From: Octopus sinensis
Lineage: Eukaryota
Assembly (NCBI RefSeq): GCF_006345805.1
Contig: NC_043010.1
Coordinates: forward strand, 18,600,001-18,664,000
Length of the DNA stretch: 64,000 bases
Direction: 5' to 3'
Under the pieces are notes generated by a model. It had not been told where the DNA came from, did no database searches, and saw only the letters and a program-made list of their open reading frames with translations. The translations under genes and the position numbers were made by a program. How positions within the stretch are numbered: the first letter of the stretch is position 1; every line of letters starts with the position of its first letter. Positions 24,495 to 38,852 of the stretch are shown here, in pieces.

Positions 24495-26157
24495 GGAAAT
24501 TGTTGTATACAGTACTCAGGTGCACTACAACTACAAAATAAAAAGGCAGATTTCAGGAAGCATGGGAGTCTTGAAGAATGGAGTGTCTTGACAACTGACA
24601 ACTGATGCAGGTAGTTTATTCCATGCTTCAGTAATTCTGAGTGTGAAAAAGTGTTTCTGAAAGTCATGGGTGCTGTGTTGTTTTTTGATTTTGTAAGCAT
24701 GTCCACGAGTGTTTGTCATATGGAATTCAAAAAGTTGCCTAGGGTTGTTATTGGAAAGGTGGTGGATAATCTTGTGGGTGTCTACTAAGTCAGTTGCCAG
24801 ATGTCTGAGCTTCAATGTGTCCAGTGTCCATACCCAAGGAAGCAAGACGTTCAGAGTATGGTAGATGTCTGACAGCGGGTATTTGTTTTGTTGCACATTT
24901 CTGAATTTTACTGGAGAGTTATATACTGAGCAAGATAAGGGGTTCCAGACTGGTGATGCAAATTCCAAGTGTGGACGTACCATTGTCGTATACAGTTTTA
25001 AATAGAAAGCTGGAGAGCAGCTGACAAAGTCCTTACTGAGTGATGCTAGCACCCCCACCGCACCCCCCTCAGCCACCTTGACAATCTTAGAGATGTAGTT
25101 TGTCCAACACAGATCACTTCTGCTAGGAGACTTCTTGGGATTGGTGTTACTGAAGGAGTATATAAAGGCTGTATTTTTCCTCCCAAAATGCATGGTGATG
25201 CACTTATCATCCACAGCTAGCTTGAGTTGCTAGTCAGAGATCCATTGCTGCATTGTGTCCAGGTATAATTGCAGGAAAGATCTATAGTGCATAGGATCTG
25301 TTCTTTTTATTTCGAGGTACAGCTTGATGTCATCAGCATATTTCAGCACTGTAAAATTCCTCAAATTGGCATCTATATCATGAATATATGCAACAAACAG
25401 TAGGAGTCCAAGAACATATCCCTGTGGTACACCTGAAGTCATCTTGGAGGGTGAAGAATGATGTCCTAGAACAGTAACTCCCTCTTTCCGACCGAGAATG
25501 AAGGACTTCAGCCAGTTATAGAGATCATCCTTCACACCCACTGCAGAGAGTTTTACCATGAGTTGTTTGTGTGGTACAGAGTTGAAGGCTTTAGCAAAAT
25601 CAGGGGAGACAGCATCCACCCATGAGCTGCCATCAGTAACTCAGGTGATGTCCTCATCCTCAAGAAAGTCGATGAGTTGACTACAGCAGCTGGAGTTGGG
25701 ATAAAACCAAATTGTGAGGATCGAATAAGGCTGTGAGACCTCCAAAAGTTCTAGAGTGTTTCTCTGACACAGGACTCCATCAGTTTGGTGATGCAGCTAG
25801 AAAGGCTGACTGGACGGTAGTTGACAGGTGATGTGTGATCCCCTTTTTTGAACAGGGGGACGACACTGGCAATTTTCCAGTGCCCTGGAGTGACACAGTT
25901 GTTAAGGCAGAATAGAAAAAAGGAAGAAAGCTGGTGCAATAGAAAGAACCCACCATGTTTGAGAAGCAGATAAGTTACACCATCAAGTCCAGGAGAGGAA
26001 TAGTTGCACTTGTTCTTGAGGTGGCATCGCAGCATTCTGAGTGTGAATTTCACAGATGTTACGGAATTTGATGTCAGAGTTGGTGAGGAAGGTACATTGG
26101 GATTTTCAGCAGTAAAAATGCCAGCATAGCATTCAGCAATAAGCTCAGCACATTCCT
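24495..26157 (-). mobile_element. CR1/L2-clade LINE ORF2 (RT), degenerate and 5'-truncated
   Basis: SSPGLDG, VVPLFKKGD, NYRPVSLSS, DFAKAFNSVPH, SGVPQG, KYADDIKLY, VRPHLEFASPVWNP across successive minus-strand ORFs. Confidence 0.93.
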
Positions 26158-26217
26158 TGGAATGTGTGTATGTGTGTGTATGTATATATGTATGCATGCA
26201 TGAATATGTGTGTGTGT

Positions 26218-26995
26218 CATCATCATCATCATTTAACTTCCATTGTCCATTCTGGCATGGGCTGGCAAACTGGAAGGCTGCACCAGACTCCAGTCTGATT
26301 TGGCATGATGTTCTACAGCTGGATGCCCTTCCTAATGCCAACTACTCCGAGAGTATAATGGGTGCTTTTACACGCCGACAGCACGGGTGCCATTTCTGTG
26401 ACACCAGAATCTGTCACGACTGTGATTTTGCTCAGCTTGATGGTCTTCTCAAGCATGACATAATGCCAAAGGTCTCAGTCGTTGCCTCTATTACGCCCAA
26501 TGCTCAAAAGGAACTCGGCCACGTTACCTCTATGAGGACCAGCACTTGAGAGGAACTTTGCCATTTTGACTCCATGTGGCCCAACACTCAAAAGGTGTTC
26601 ATCCACTTTGCTTCCGTGAGGCCCAATATTTGAAAGATGTTCTTTATGTGCTACCAGCATGGGTGCCAGCCACGACTGTGATTTCTCTTGGTTTGATGGG
26701 TCCTCTCCAGCACAGCACATCGCCAAAGTTCTCGGTCACCAGTCATTGCCTCTGTGAGGCTCAAAGTTTGAAGATCATGCATCACCATCTCGTCCCATGT
26801 CTTCCTGAATCTACTTCTACCACAGCTAGAGGTTAGCTCTTCTTTACACTGTTGTCCTCATCTACACGCATCACATGACCACACCAGTGCAGTCGTCTCT
26901 CTTCTACATCATATCTGATGCTTCTTATGCCCATCTTTTCTCTCAATATGCTTACACTGTTGAACATGCACACTGACATTGCACAACCAGCAAAA
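26218..26995 (-). mobile_element. RTE LINE 3' end: RT C-terminal remnant, tandemly repetitive 3' UTR and (GAT)n tail
   Basis: Frameshifted WLCNVSVH...EKMGIRSI...RRLHWCGHVMR...RKTWDE at 26790-26995; about 35-bp imperfect repeats at 26480-26770. Confidence 0.75.
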
Positions 26996-27147
26996 CATAT
27001 CTTCATCATTTTAATAATTATTACCTTTGAAGGTTATTTTTTCCATACTGACCACTTGATAAAATCGTTATTTTATTTTTAAATTAACGATCTTATCCTT
27101 ATTTATATAAATTCATATATATATATATATACACATACACATACACT

Positions 27148-27199
<52 letters not shown>

Positions 27200-27532
27200 T
27201 AATATATAAATATATGCATATATACATATATCTACATACCTACATATATATGTACATATACGTGCATATATAGGTACAACTGAAGAAAAGGAATATTCCT
27301 TGTGCTGTATGTTTTTTTGGGAAAAAAAGTTTGTTTCTATGTTTTTGTTTTTATGTTTTTGTTTCTCATTGCGCTCAACTTTTTTTTAGATGTCCTGTAC
27401 CCATACATGCATGTGTATATCTACATATATATGTAGGTATGTACATATATGTATGTATACATGCATATATTCATATATTATTTATACTATTATATGATCG
27501 AACGCTATGCATCCTTTTCCAAGTAAGTTTTT

Positions 27533-27565
<33 letters not shown>

Positions 27566-27949
27566 ATATATATATATATAATATATATATATATATGGAG
27601 TGGTTGGCGTTAGGAAGGGCATCCAGCTGTAGAAACATTGCCAGATAAGACTGGAGCCTGGTGCAGCCTTCTGGCTTCCCAGATCCCCGGTCGAACTGTC
27701 CAACCCATGCTAGCATGGTGAGCGGACGTTAAACGATGATGATGATGATGATACACACACACATATATATAAATATGCATGCAGGTACGCACACATATAT
27801 ATAAAGATGTCATCAATCTTTTATCTCAAAGTCAGAAATTCTTGGTTCTTTGCCAATGTTGTTTACCAGTGAAATGCTGGCTTCTTACATGTGTTACATT
27901 GACATTACCTGTACCAACATATTATATCTACCTAACTAGTTGTTCATAC

Positions 27950-27956
27950 ACCTCCT

Positions 27957-28049
<93 letters not shown>

Positions 28050-28284
28050 ACACACACACACACACATGCACATATATATCTTTCTTTTTCTCTCTTTCAT
28101 TTTGTTTGTGTGCATATCTCTTACACTTCTTCACACACACACACACATGTATTCGTGTAAAAGGAGATGCAACGTGCTGATAAGGATATCATCATCATTT
28201 AACGTCCATGTTTCATGCTGGCATGGGTTAGATGGTTTGTCTGGCACTGGAAAGCTGGAGAGCTGTACCAGCTTCATACAAATA

Positions 28285-28316
<32 letters not shown>

Positions 28317-28334
28317 CATATATATATGTGTGTG

Positions 28335-28365
<31 letters not shown>

Positions 28366-28436
28366 GTATGTATATATATATGTATATATATATATGTATA
28401 TATATTATATGTATGTATATATATAGTATATATATA

Positions 28437-28506
<70 letters not shown>

Positions 28507-28712
28507 ATATGTATGTATATATGTATGTATATATATAATGTATATATATATAGTATGTATATATATATATTATATATATATATGTATGTATATATATATA
28601 ATATATATATGTATATTATATATGTATGTATATATATATATATATATGTATGTATATATATATATGTGTATATATATGTGTGTGTATATATATATATATA
28701 TATATGTGTGTG

Positions 28713-28745
<33 letters not shown>

Positions 28746-28760
28746 GAATATATATATATG

Positions 28761-28793
<33 letters not shown>

Positions 28794-28823
28794 GAATATA
28801 TATATATGTATATATATATATGA

Positions 28824-28914
<91 letters not shown>

Positions 28915-28951
28915 ATATAACGTGTATATATATATATATATATATATATAC

Positions 28952-28989
<38 letters not shown>

Positions 28990-29130
28990 GTATATATATA
29001 TATATATATATATATACGTGTATATATATATTATAATATATATATATATCTATATATATATAATACGTATATATATATATATATCTATATATATATTATA
29101 ATATATATATTATATATATATATATATATG
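27950..29130. repeat. Long compound microsatellite field, mostly (TA)n with TG/TACG interruptions
   Basis: Directly visible; about 850 bp of nearly pure TA from 28280. Confidence 0.97.
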
Positions 29131-29786
29131 TGCCTGTCGCATGTAAAAAGCACCCACTACACTCTCGGAGTGGTTGGCGTTAGGAAGGGCATCCAACTGT
29201 AGAAACTCTGCCAGATCAAGATTGGAGCCTGGTGCAGCCATCTGGCTCGCCAGCCCTCAGTCAAAATCGTCCAACCCATGCTAGCATGGAAAGCGGACAT
29301 TAAACGATGATGATGATGATGATGATGAAAATGGAGAAGAAATTAAAAACGATGAACTTTTATAGATGTAATAAGTGATAAACTGTTAGATTTCTTCAGG
29401 AAAAATAAGTATGTTTACTGTCTTGACTTGTGAATTATTGATGATTCAAAAATATTGTTAGATTGAAACATATACAGAATTTCTTTTTGGATATTTTTGG
29501 GTTGTTTTGTTGATGCGGTTCCTTTATACTTGTTCTTTTAGGTATATCTTATGATATTTTAATTTGCATTATTTTTCCAATTGTGATTCAAATAAAATGA
29601 ACCAAGAATCTTTTTTAATTTATCTTCTCCATTTTCTTTTATTGACTTTTTAATTTTATGACACTATTTATAAATATTGAGGAAGTTTCTATCAATATAT
29701 TTGGTTAAACCCTGTTGGCATCTGGATTGTCTTTAACAATCCCTTACAAGGATATTGCTTCCTCTAATTCTGAATGTACGTACATG

Positions 29787-29831
<45 letters not shown>

Positions 29832-30635
29832 TGCAGTGGACTCCTGCTGAGCCCATAATCCAGAGGTTATTAAATTGAAGCTTTGCTCTTGAAACTCAGC
29901 ACAATTTTTGTGGCTGAGTGGTAAAAAGTTTGCTTTCCAACCGCATGCTATGGCTTCAAGAGACACAGATATCTCAATAGGGCAAAAGATTTAGCTGCAT
30001 CTGATGCCAACCTGCTAGACATAGCAGCCAAACAATAAACTCCATATGTACTCTAACCCTTTCCAGATTAAACTTAAAACTGATATCAGAATATTTAAAA
30101 ACTATAAAAATGAGTTTGTTTTTGTGATTACAAGTCAGGAAAGACGAATACATGTATACCAGGAACTAGAAAAACAGTAGTGTGCCATGCTTAATCAAAT
30201 GGTGCAACACAGATTTAAGCCAGATGTTGCTAGATTTCTCAAATTTATGATTACATTGGAAAGGGGTGGAGACCTAAATCTGGGATTCCTCACCAGATGC
30301 TTTCCCTAACACCAACACTCACCCATTTCCAAGAAGAGTGGTTTGTTTTTCATACAGCTCGGCAGGAGTGGCTGTGTGGTGAGTAGCCTGCTTACCAACC
30401 ACATGGTTCTAGGTTCAGTCCCACTGTGGCACCTTGGGTAAGTGTCTTCTATTATAGCCTCAGGCCAACCAAAAGCCTTGTGAGTAGATTTGGTAGACGG
30501 AAACTGAAAGAAGCCCGTCATATACACACACATACACACACAATATATATATATATACATATATATATATATTGTTGTCCCTTTTTGTATCACCTAGTTG
30601 TCCGGATGTTTTGCGTTCTTGTCCATTTTGTATTT

Positions 30636-30725
<90 letters not shown>

Positions 30726-31656
30726 TGTGTGTGTGTGTGTGTGTGTATGTGTGTGTGTGCATATGTTTGTGTTTGCCGTTGTTCCCCTGAACATCGCTTG
30801 ACAACCGATGCTGGTGTGTTTGTGTCCCTGTAACTTAGTGGTTTGGCAAGGGAGACAGATAGAATAAGTACTAGGCTTACAAAGAAGTCCTGGGGTCGAT
30901 TTGCTCGACTAAAGGCGGTGCTTCAGCATGGCCGCAGTCAAATGACTAAAAAACTAAACAATAAAAGAATAAACGACATTGATCATTTGATGATGAACCT
31001 CATTTGCATATACTGTGCCATATTGAGACAAAGTGATATGCACACACACACGTACATAAATACAGAGAGAGAGAGAGAGAGAGAGACGTATGCATATACA
31101 CAGCACACACACATATAAAAACCGAGACGCATATATTCCATCAGAAGATAAGACAAATGTGTCTTTAGTGGGATCAGGTGTTAGGAGATTAACAGATCAA
31201 CTCCATACTGCTTACTTGATCTGTTTTAATCTGTTTTTTTACTCTTTATCTCCTGTTTTTATCAACATGGCCATATGTTATAACTGTTCATGTTCATATG
31301 AGTGCCACGTTGTGTGCATGTGTGTGTATGTGTGTGTGTGTGTGCATATATATATATATATGAATATATATATATGAATATATATATATATATATGAATA
31401 TATATATATATGAATATATATATATGAATATATATATATATGAATATATATATATATGCATATACTAAGTAATTAAGGGTTTAGCAACGAATTGCCTCAC
31501 CAACACACCGAATTTAGAAATAGCAGTCAAAGAGATATAGCTATTCCTTCTACTAAAAGGGGGATCTCAGTAAAAACACAGCACTTGAAAGGCAAACACA
31601 GACAGGTAAGAAAGAAAGAATGAAATGACGGCAATCTATCATACAATTTTAAGTTA

Positions 31657-31748
31657 CCTACGGACGTACATTTCGAAATCAAGTTTTAGGAAAGCATAAG
31701 AATTAGAAAATTCTACCTTACCCAAACTTCTTTTCTCATCGGCGCAGG
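31657..31748 (-). ncRNA. Type I hammerhead ribozyme motif with long stem II
   Basis: CCTGCG-CCGATGA-GAAA...TTTC-GAAA-TGTACG-TC|CGTAGG. Confidence 0.75.
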
Positions 31749-32242
31749 ATACTACAATTATGAATAATTGTATATTAAATTTTGAGATACTAGAAGGCAT
31801 TATCTCAACTCAGTGTCAGAGCGAGCCAAAGCATGACCAGTACCACGAAATTCAAAGTGTGAATGAAAGTTTGTGTCACCAGCCCCCTTCCACCCGCGTG
31901 TAGCCAAGACAAAATGCTGTGGTCATTTACTGGGATAAAATATGGTTATCAGTAACAGTAAAGGGTGAAATTAATTAATTTGGAATAATTATCAATTACA
32001 CCAAGTAGATTTCAGCATGTAAAAGCCCCATTCGAGGAAAATTTAAGTAATACTAAGTAATTAAGGGTTTAGCAACGAATTGCCTCACCAACACACCGAA
32101 TTTAGAAATAGCAGTCAAAGAGATGTAGCTATTCCTTCTACTAAAAGGGGGATCTCAGTAAAAACACAGCACTTGAAAGGCAAACACAGACAGGTAAGAA
32201 GAAAGAATGAATGACGGCAATCTATCATACAATTTTAAGTTA

Positions 32243-32334
32243 CCTACGGACGTACGTTTCGAAATCAAGTTTTAGGAAAGCATAAGAATTAGAAAATTCT
32301 ACCTTACCCAAACTTCTTTTCTCATCGGCGCAGG
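32243..32334 (-). ncRNA. Type I hammerhead ribozyme motif with long stem II and palindromic stem III
   Basis: CCTGCG-CCGATGA-GAAA...TTTC-GAAA-CGTACG-TC|CGTAGG; 6-bp stem I, GUC cleavage triplet. Confidence 0.8.
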
Positions 32335-32540
32335 ATACTACAATTATGAATAATTGTATATTAAATTTTGAGATACTAGAAGGCATTATCTCAACTCAGT
32401 GTCAGAGCGAGCCAAAGCATGACCAGTACCACGAAATTCAAAGTGTGAATGAAAGTTAACTATATATGCATATATATATATAATATATATATATATATAT
32501 TATATATATATATATATGTATATATATATAGATATATATG

Positions 32541-32580
<40 letters not shown>

Positions 32581-32904
32581 TAAATATGTTATACATACAA
32601 CACACACACTTATAAATGCGACCTTCAGTGTATACATCCACGTGCATTTCTGTCTTATACAATAAGCCTCTCGGGGCCCACTCCTCCCCCAACCCCACAG
32701 TGATTGCATATTTAGAACCAGGTTAACCCCCTGGAGGAGTCTCTCTGCATTGCTTTGGTCTGCCAGCCTGATGCTCCGATTCCTATCTCCCTGGAACATC
32801 TCTTGTGTTCTTACAACCAACGAAATTCAGACTACGAAGTTTAACCTTGGAAGTAGAAGTCTGGCGATGAAAGAAGCCAGAGAGTTTTGGGGAGAAATTA
32901 AGTC

Positions 32905-33170
32905 TAATCATCACCACCACCATCACCACTACCACCACCACCACCACCACCACCATCCCCATCCCCATCTCCACTACCACCACCACCACCACCATCCGCA
33001 TCTCCACTACCACCATCCCCATCTCCACTACCACCACCACCACTATCCCCATCTCCATCACCACCACCACCATCCCCATCTCCACTACCACCACCACCAC
33101 CACCATCCCCACCACCACCACCATCCCCATCTCCATCACCACCACCACCACCTCCACCATCATCATCATT
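32905..33170. repeat. (CAC/CAT)n trinucleotide low-complexity repeat with higher-order unit catccccatctccactac
   Basis: Directly visible. Confidence 0.9.
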
Positions 33171-33509
33171 CAGAAATTGTATGACAGCCATTAAGAATAA
33201 TGTCAGCTATAGCAGAATCATTTGGATGCTGGGCAAAATACTTTGCTTCTCAAACATGATGGCTTCTTTCTATTGAACCAGCATTCCATCCATCCTGATG
33301 TTCTGAGTTCAGATTCTACCACAGTCACCTTTGCCTTCCATCCTTTGGTGGGGAGGGTCAATGAAATAAGTACCAGTCATGTACTGAGGTCAAAGTAATC
33401 ACCTTACCTCATCTCCCAAAATTACTGGCCTTGAGCCACAATTCGAAATCAGTAATTTTGGTAATCCTTTAATTTTTGTGTCTGCTTTGGCATTAAAGCC
33501 TGCTTCATA

Positions 33510-33926
33510 TTGTTTGGGGATCAGATACCTCAGGGCAACAATTTTGTTTTGGGATCAGATGCCTCTGGGCAGCAATTTTGTTTGGGGATCAGATGCCTCT
33601 GGGCAGCAGTTTTGTTTGGGGATCAGATGCCTCTGGGCAGCAATTTTGTTTGTAGATCAGATGCCTCTGGGCAGCAGTTTTGTTTGGAGATCAGATGCCT
33701 CTGGGCAGCAATTTTGTTTGTAGATCAGATGCCTCTGGGCAGCAGTTTTGTTTGGGGATCAGATGCCTCTGGGCAGCAATTTTTGAGGGGTATCAGATGC
33801 CTCAGGGTAGCAATTTTGTTTGGGGATCAGATGCCTCTGGGCAGCAATTTTGTTTGGAGATCAGATGCCTCAGGGCAGCAATTTTTTGGCGGGGATCAGA
33901 TGCATCAGGGTAGCAATTTTGTTTTT
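33510..33926. repeat. 34-bp minisatellite, about 12 copies (ttttgtttggggatcagatgcctctgggcagcaa)
   Basis: tcagat motif recurs at 33521, 33555 and onward with 34-bp period; no spacers. Confidence 0.95.
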
Positions 33927-35031
33927 TGATGAAATCCTTTCTCTCAGATGAAATCCATGGAACAGGAAGTGATTGTCAGTTTCTTCATATTGAGACAATT
34001 CTCCAAGAAGCAAAACTTCTTCCTTCAAATCATGAACCAGATTATTTTCTCTTTCAAATGTTTTCTGTGTTTCTTGGTTTTTTCTCTCTTTTTCTTTTTA
34101 ACGTAAAATTGAAATCCATGAACAATTAACGAAACTGAAATATTTGAAAAGTTGTGCAATATATTCCTTATATCAAGATTAAAAGGAAGCAAAACAAGAT
34201 TGTAAATGAGGCAAAATGATGCATGGCAAAATATAAGAAAAAGAACTTATTTTAGACAAAAGGCTCAGCAGCCCCCTACACCAAAAGACTGCCCAGTAGA
34301 TGGCTTTTCAATTTCTTTATTGGCCACAGGGGGCTAAACATGGACAAACAAGGACAGACAGGGGACAAACAAGGACAGACAAAGGGATTAAGTCGATCAC
34401 ATCAACCCCAGTGCATAACTGGTACTTATTTAATTGACCCCGAAAGGATGAAAGGCTAAGTCGACCTCGGCGGAAATTGAACTCAGAATGTAACAGCAGA
34501 CGAAGTACTACTGAGCGTTTCGCCCAGCATGCTAATGTTTCTGCCACTGGGTGGCTTTTTGGCCAGTGTGTGTGTGTGTGAGAGAGAGAGAGAGTTTGAA
34601 TGCTGTAAAGTGACTGATGTTCATTAGGGCATCCAGCCATAGAAACCATGCCAAAGATGATACATTGGAACAAGACATCATCCTCCAATTCACTAGATTC
34701 TGTTGAGCTGACCAACCCTGGCCAGCACCAAAAAACCAACAAATTTATTTGTTGATGTGATTGTGTTTCACTAATTAAAATAACGAGGCCAACAAAAGGT
34801 GTTTTGTTTCATCCTTCTCAAACGAAACAAAACTTCTTTTGTTGGACTCACTGTTTAAATAAAACCAAAATACTCTCAAAATTGATACTTGTAGTACTTT
34901 ATTGTAATTATTGTAAGTGGCTCTTCCCATATTACTTTGAATAGGTAACCAAAGAGTAATATATATTTATGTCAATGTGTGTTTAAATACTTTTAATGTT
35001 AACAATAATTTTATCATACAATCCCATGCAT

Positions 35032-35064
<33 letters not shown>

Positions 35065-35115
35065 TATATATATCCCATACAAACACAGACAAACTTACCT
35101 ATACACACATAATTG

Positions 35116-35176
<61 letters not shown>

Positions 35177-36399
35177 ATACACCCAATAGTTTTTCCTCTC
35201 ATTGTTCCACAAAGCCGTACCTCACAAGCCACAGCTCACAAGCTTCAGCTCTCAAAATCCCCACAGCTCATATCCTTGACACAGATGTTAAGTGCAACAA
35301 TAAGAAGCTTTTCAACTTCTAAGAGCTTACAAACCAACAACTTTATATAATGAGGTTAGATTCAGCTTTCAGAAAACAAGCAACAGGTGATTTTTTTTTT
35401 TTTTTACAAGTCATTTCCAGTCTGTCTTTGTGGTCTGAAGTATGTGTATAGGTTGGTGTTGGTGTGGTTGTTATTCATGATGATGATGATGATGACAACA
35501 ATGTCTCTGTTGCTTTTGTTGTTGTTTATGCTGCTGCTGCTGTTTTTGATATTGTTCTGTAGTTACAAGCCTGTTTCCATTCATGACCATCCTGCCTTGT
35601 TTTTATTCTTTTCATGTATGTGTGTGTGGAGCCACATTATTCGATGCATCCTTCAGATGCAGTGAGACTCCATTATCCAAAGTATACTTCATATTTCTTT
35701 ATTGCCCACAAGGGGCTAAACACAGAGGGGACAAACAAGGACAGACAAACGGATTAAGTCGAATATATCAACCCCAGTGCGAAACTGGTACTTATTTAAT
35801 CGACCCCGAAAGGATGATAGGCAAAGTCAACCTCGGCGGAATTTGAACTCAGAATGTAGCGACAGACGAAATACCTATTTCTTTACGACCCACAAGGGGC
35901 TAAACACAGAGAGGACAAACAAGGACAGACAAACGGATTAAGTCGATTACATCGACCCCAGTGCATAACTGGTACTTAATTTATCGACCCCGAAAGGATA
36001 AAAGGCAAAGTCAACCTCAGCAGAATTTGAACTCAGAACATAACGGCAGACGAAATGCCACTAAGCATTTCACCCGGCATGCTAACGTTTCTGCCAGCTC
36101 GCCACTTCCAATGTATACTTCTGCCACAGTGCATCTAGGATTACATTATCCAATGTGTCCTTCAGATGTTGTGCATATATAACCCGATCTGTCCTTCAAT
36201 CATAGAAATATATTATTACAGCGTGTCATTCTGATATAGTGTATCAAGGACTACACTAGGCAATGTGTCCTTTAGGCACAGTGTATCTAGGACTACACTA
36301 GCCAATGAGACATAATGTTATAGCTAGGATAATGTATAACAAGATCTTCAGAAGGATAACCCCAAGGACAAAGAAATAAGAACCCACAGTATGGTGGAA

Positions 36400-37262
36400 G
36401 CCATAGCCACTCGTAATAAAAAGGAGTACTGGTGGAATGTCCTAGTGAAGACCTCAATAAAATGTAAGCACAACATACCTGATATAACTGATTTGAGATT
36501 GAGAAGAGAAACTGCAGAGTTGTAGAAATTAGCTGCCCAGTGGATGTTAACATAAAGCTGAAGAGCAATGAAAAAGAGAACACCTGAACTATTGGGAAAG
36601 CTGCAGATAATCTATCCAGATTACAAGTTCAGGTTTATTCCTGTAATTATGGGGCCCTGGGATATGTAACACACTACCTAACTACCAATCTTTAAAATTT
36701 AGTCTTCTCAAAACCAGAAAGGAGAAAGCTGATTGGAAGACTACAGATCCAATCCATCACTGGAACTGTAAAAATCTGTAAAACTTTCCAGAAGTTTATC
36801 ATTTAAATATATATGAGCATGTCTAGATATGCAACTATATGCATGAGAGTACATACATAAAGCAAAACATACAAATCTGTACATCTACATACAAAAATAC
36901 CTACCCTGTTGATGTTGTTGAAATTCCAACGAAGAAACCTTGAATCTAGGTTAGAAACCAGCTCTTTCTCTATTGGCAAGAAATCTTGAAATAAACTGAA
37001 TAATGACATACATGCATGTATACATGCATGCATACATACATATTCATGCATAAATACATACACACATACATACATACATATTCATGCATACATGTACATA
37101 CATACATACTTACATACATATATACATACATACATCCATATAAACAAAAATACCCTGTTGGTGTTGAAATTCCAATGAAGGAGCTTTGGATCTAGGTTAA
37201 AAACCAGTTCATTCTCTATTGGCAAGAAATCTTGAAATAAACTGAATAATAATATACATACA
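36400..37262 (+). mobile_element. R4/Dong-like (restriction-like endonuclease) non-LTR retrotransposon 3' remnant with duplicated 3' UTR block
   Basis: VVEISCPVDVNIKLKSNEKEN and IMGALGYV parallel 41650-41810; 36895-37010 repeated at 37145-37260. Confidence 0.7.
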
Positions 37263-38852
37263 TAGATAAGTATGATTTGAGGGATATTTAGCTGTTCAGT
37301 TTCAATGCATTGCTCTAGGAATATATAACAATTCCAATTTCCAGCATTGACTGAGTCTGATAGAAATTTTTTTTAAATCTCAATTTTCAAACATTTGTAA
37401 CTTTTATATGATTCATCTGTCTGAAAAAAAAATGGTTAGGATTTTTGTAACTAGCTTTAAAAACTAAACTACATCTTGTAAAAATTTTCCAAAAAGTCAG
37501 ATTTAGTGTGCCAAACTGAAAATCACAAAAAGTGTTTTATTCAAGAGGAGTGAAACAAAACACTTTTTATTGGACTCACTATTTTATTAATACAAACACA
37601 CATGAATATATAATCATCATTTTAGGTCTATTTTCTATACTGATATGGGCTGGATGGATTGACAGAATCCAGTAATGTGGAGGAGTATGTCTTACTCCAA
37701 TGTTTCCTTTTTGGTTTCTATGGCTGGACGCCCTTCTTAACATCAATCACTTTACAGCATATCTGGGGGAAATTTCATTGTTGCACCAGCATTACAGAGG
37801 ATACCTTGCTCTCAGAAGAGCCCTCTTGATCCTTGTGTTGTTGCTCCTTGAATCAATTACTTACCACCTACAGAGTACTGGGTACTTTTTGTGGCACCAA
37901 CACCATTACAGTTGCCTTGCAGCTTGCAAAGCAAAAGAGAGCCCCCATGATGCAAGGAAAAAATGTGAGGGGATGGTATGAGAAATAGCAGAGGAAACTG
38001 TTAGGGTGGGAGTAGTGAAAACAGAAGAGAGGGGGAGGGGGATTTAGTAATGTCAAAGGTTAGCAGCGAGTGAGAGGATAATGGTTATAAGGTGGGTTGA
38101 ATAGATGGACCCAGTGATGGGTTGGGTCAATTTGTTTGCTATGCCAGCATTTGTTGGCTGTTTTCACCAAGGTCCAGGTCTGTTTTTATTGAAGTTATAC
38201 ATATTTATTGTTGAGGGAGACAGGAGGGAAATTAAGAGAGGGAAGGTGAGCAATTGGAGGGAAAAGAGAAAAAAGTATCAGAAGATTAGTGAGAGTCAGA
38301 GAGTGAGTGATAAGGGCAATGGGGAGGTTGAGTAGGAGGCACATTACAGGTGGGTGAGTAAAGCGATGCAGAGAGGAGAGAGAAGATGATAATGGGAGAC
38401 CATAGTGTATTGTCAAGGTAACATGTTGAAATGAGCATAATGACCTGAGAATCAGGAAAGGAGAGTAACGGTTGCCAGAATGCAATCCCTCCCCACAGAA
38501 GCATCAAGATTTGAGAGGAAAGAAAAAGAAGTGGGGGCAGGATATAGGTGGGGAAAGTATGGGGACGCACAAATTGAGTATTTAGATATGGTGGCATGGT
38601 ACAGTGAATAAAAATGATGGGGAGATGAGCAGGTACAGAACAGGTGATGTAGGGATACGAGCAAGGCTGTCTTAACGGCATTATAGGTCCCTGGGCAAAT
38701 CAGTGCATTGGGCCTTAAGATATTTATTTATTGATAGCAAACCACAACATACAGAGATCAGAATCAGGCCCCTAGACCTTTGAGGCCATTAGGCAACTGC
38801 CCTGTGTGCCCATGCTATAAGATGGCACTTGATGTGAGGGTTTAGATTAAGT

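Larger units (their letters stand above)
31462..32456 (-). mobile_element. Partial tandem repeat (about 1.7 units of 586-588 bp) with one hammerhead per unit; retrozyme / non-autonomous Penelope-like
   Basis: 31463-31871 is nearly identical to 32051-32456; flanked by TA microsatellites; no ORF. Confidence 0.85.

Noticed and set aside
32750-33191. His-rich or Gly/Asp-rich protein ORFs
   Set aside because: Open in several frames simply because of the trinucleotide repeat; no supporting gene structure.
33510-33926. CRISPR-like array of 34-bp repeats
   Set aside because: Units are contiguous with no unique spacers; eukaryotic context, no cas genes.
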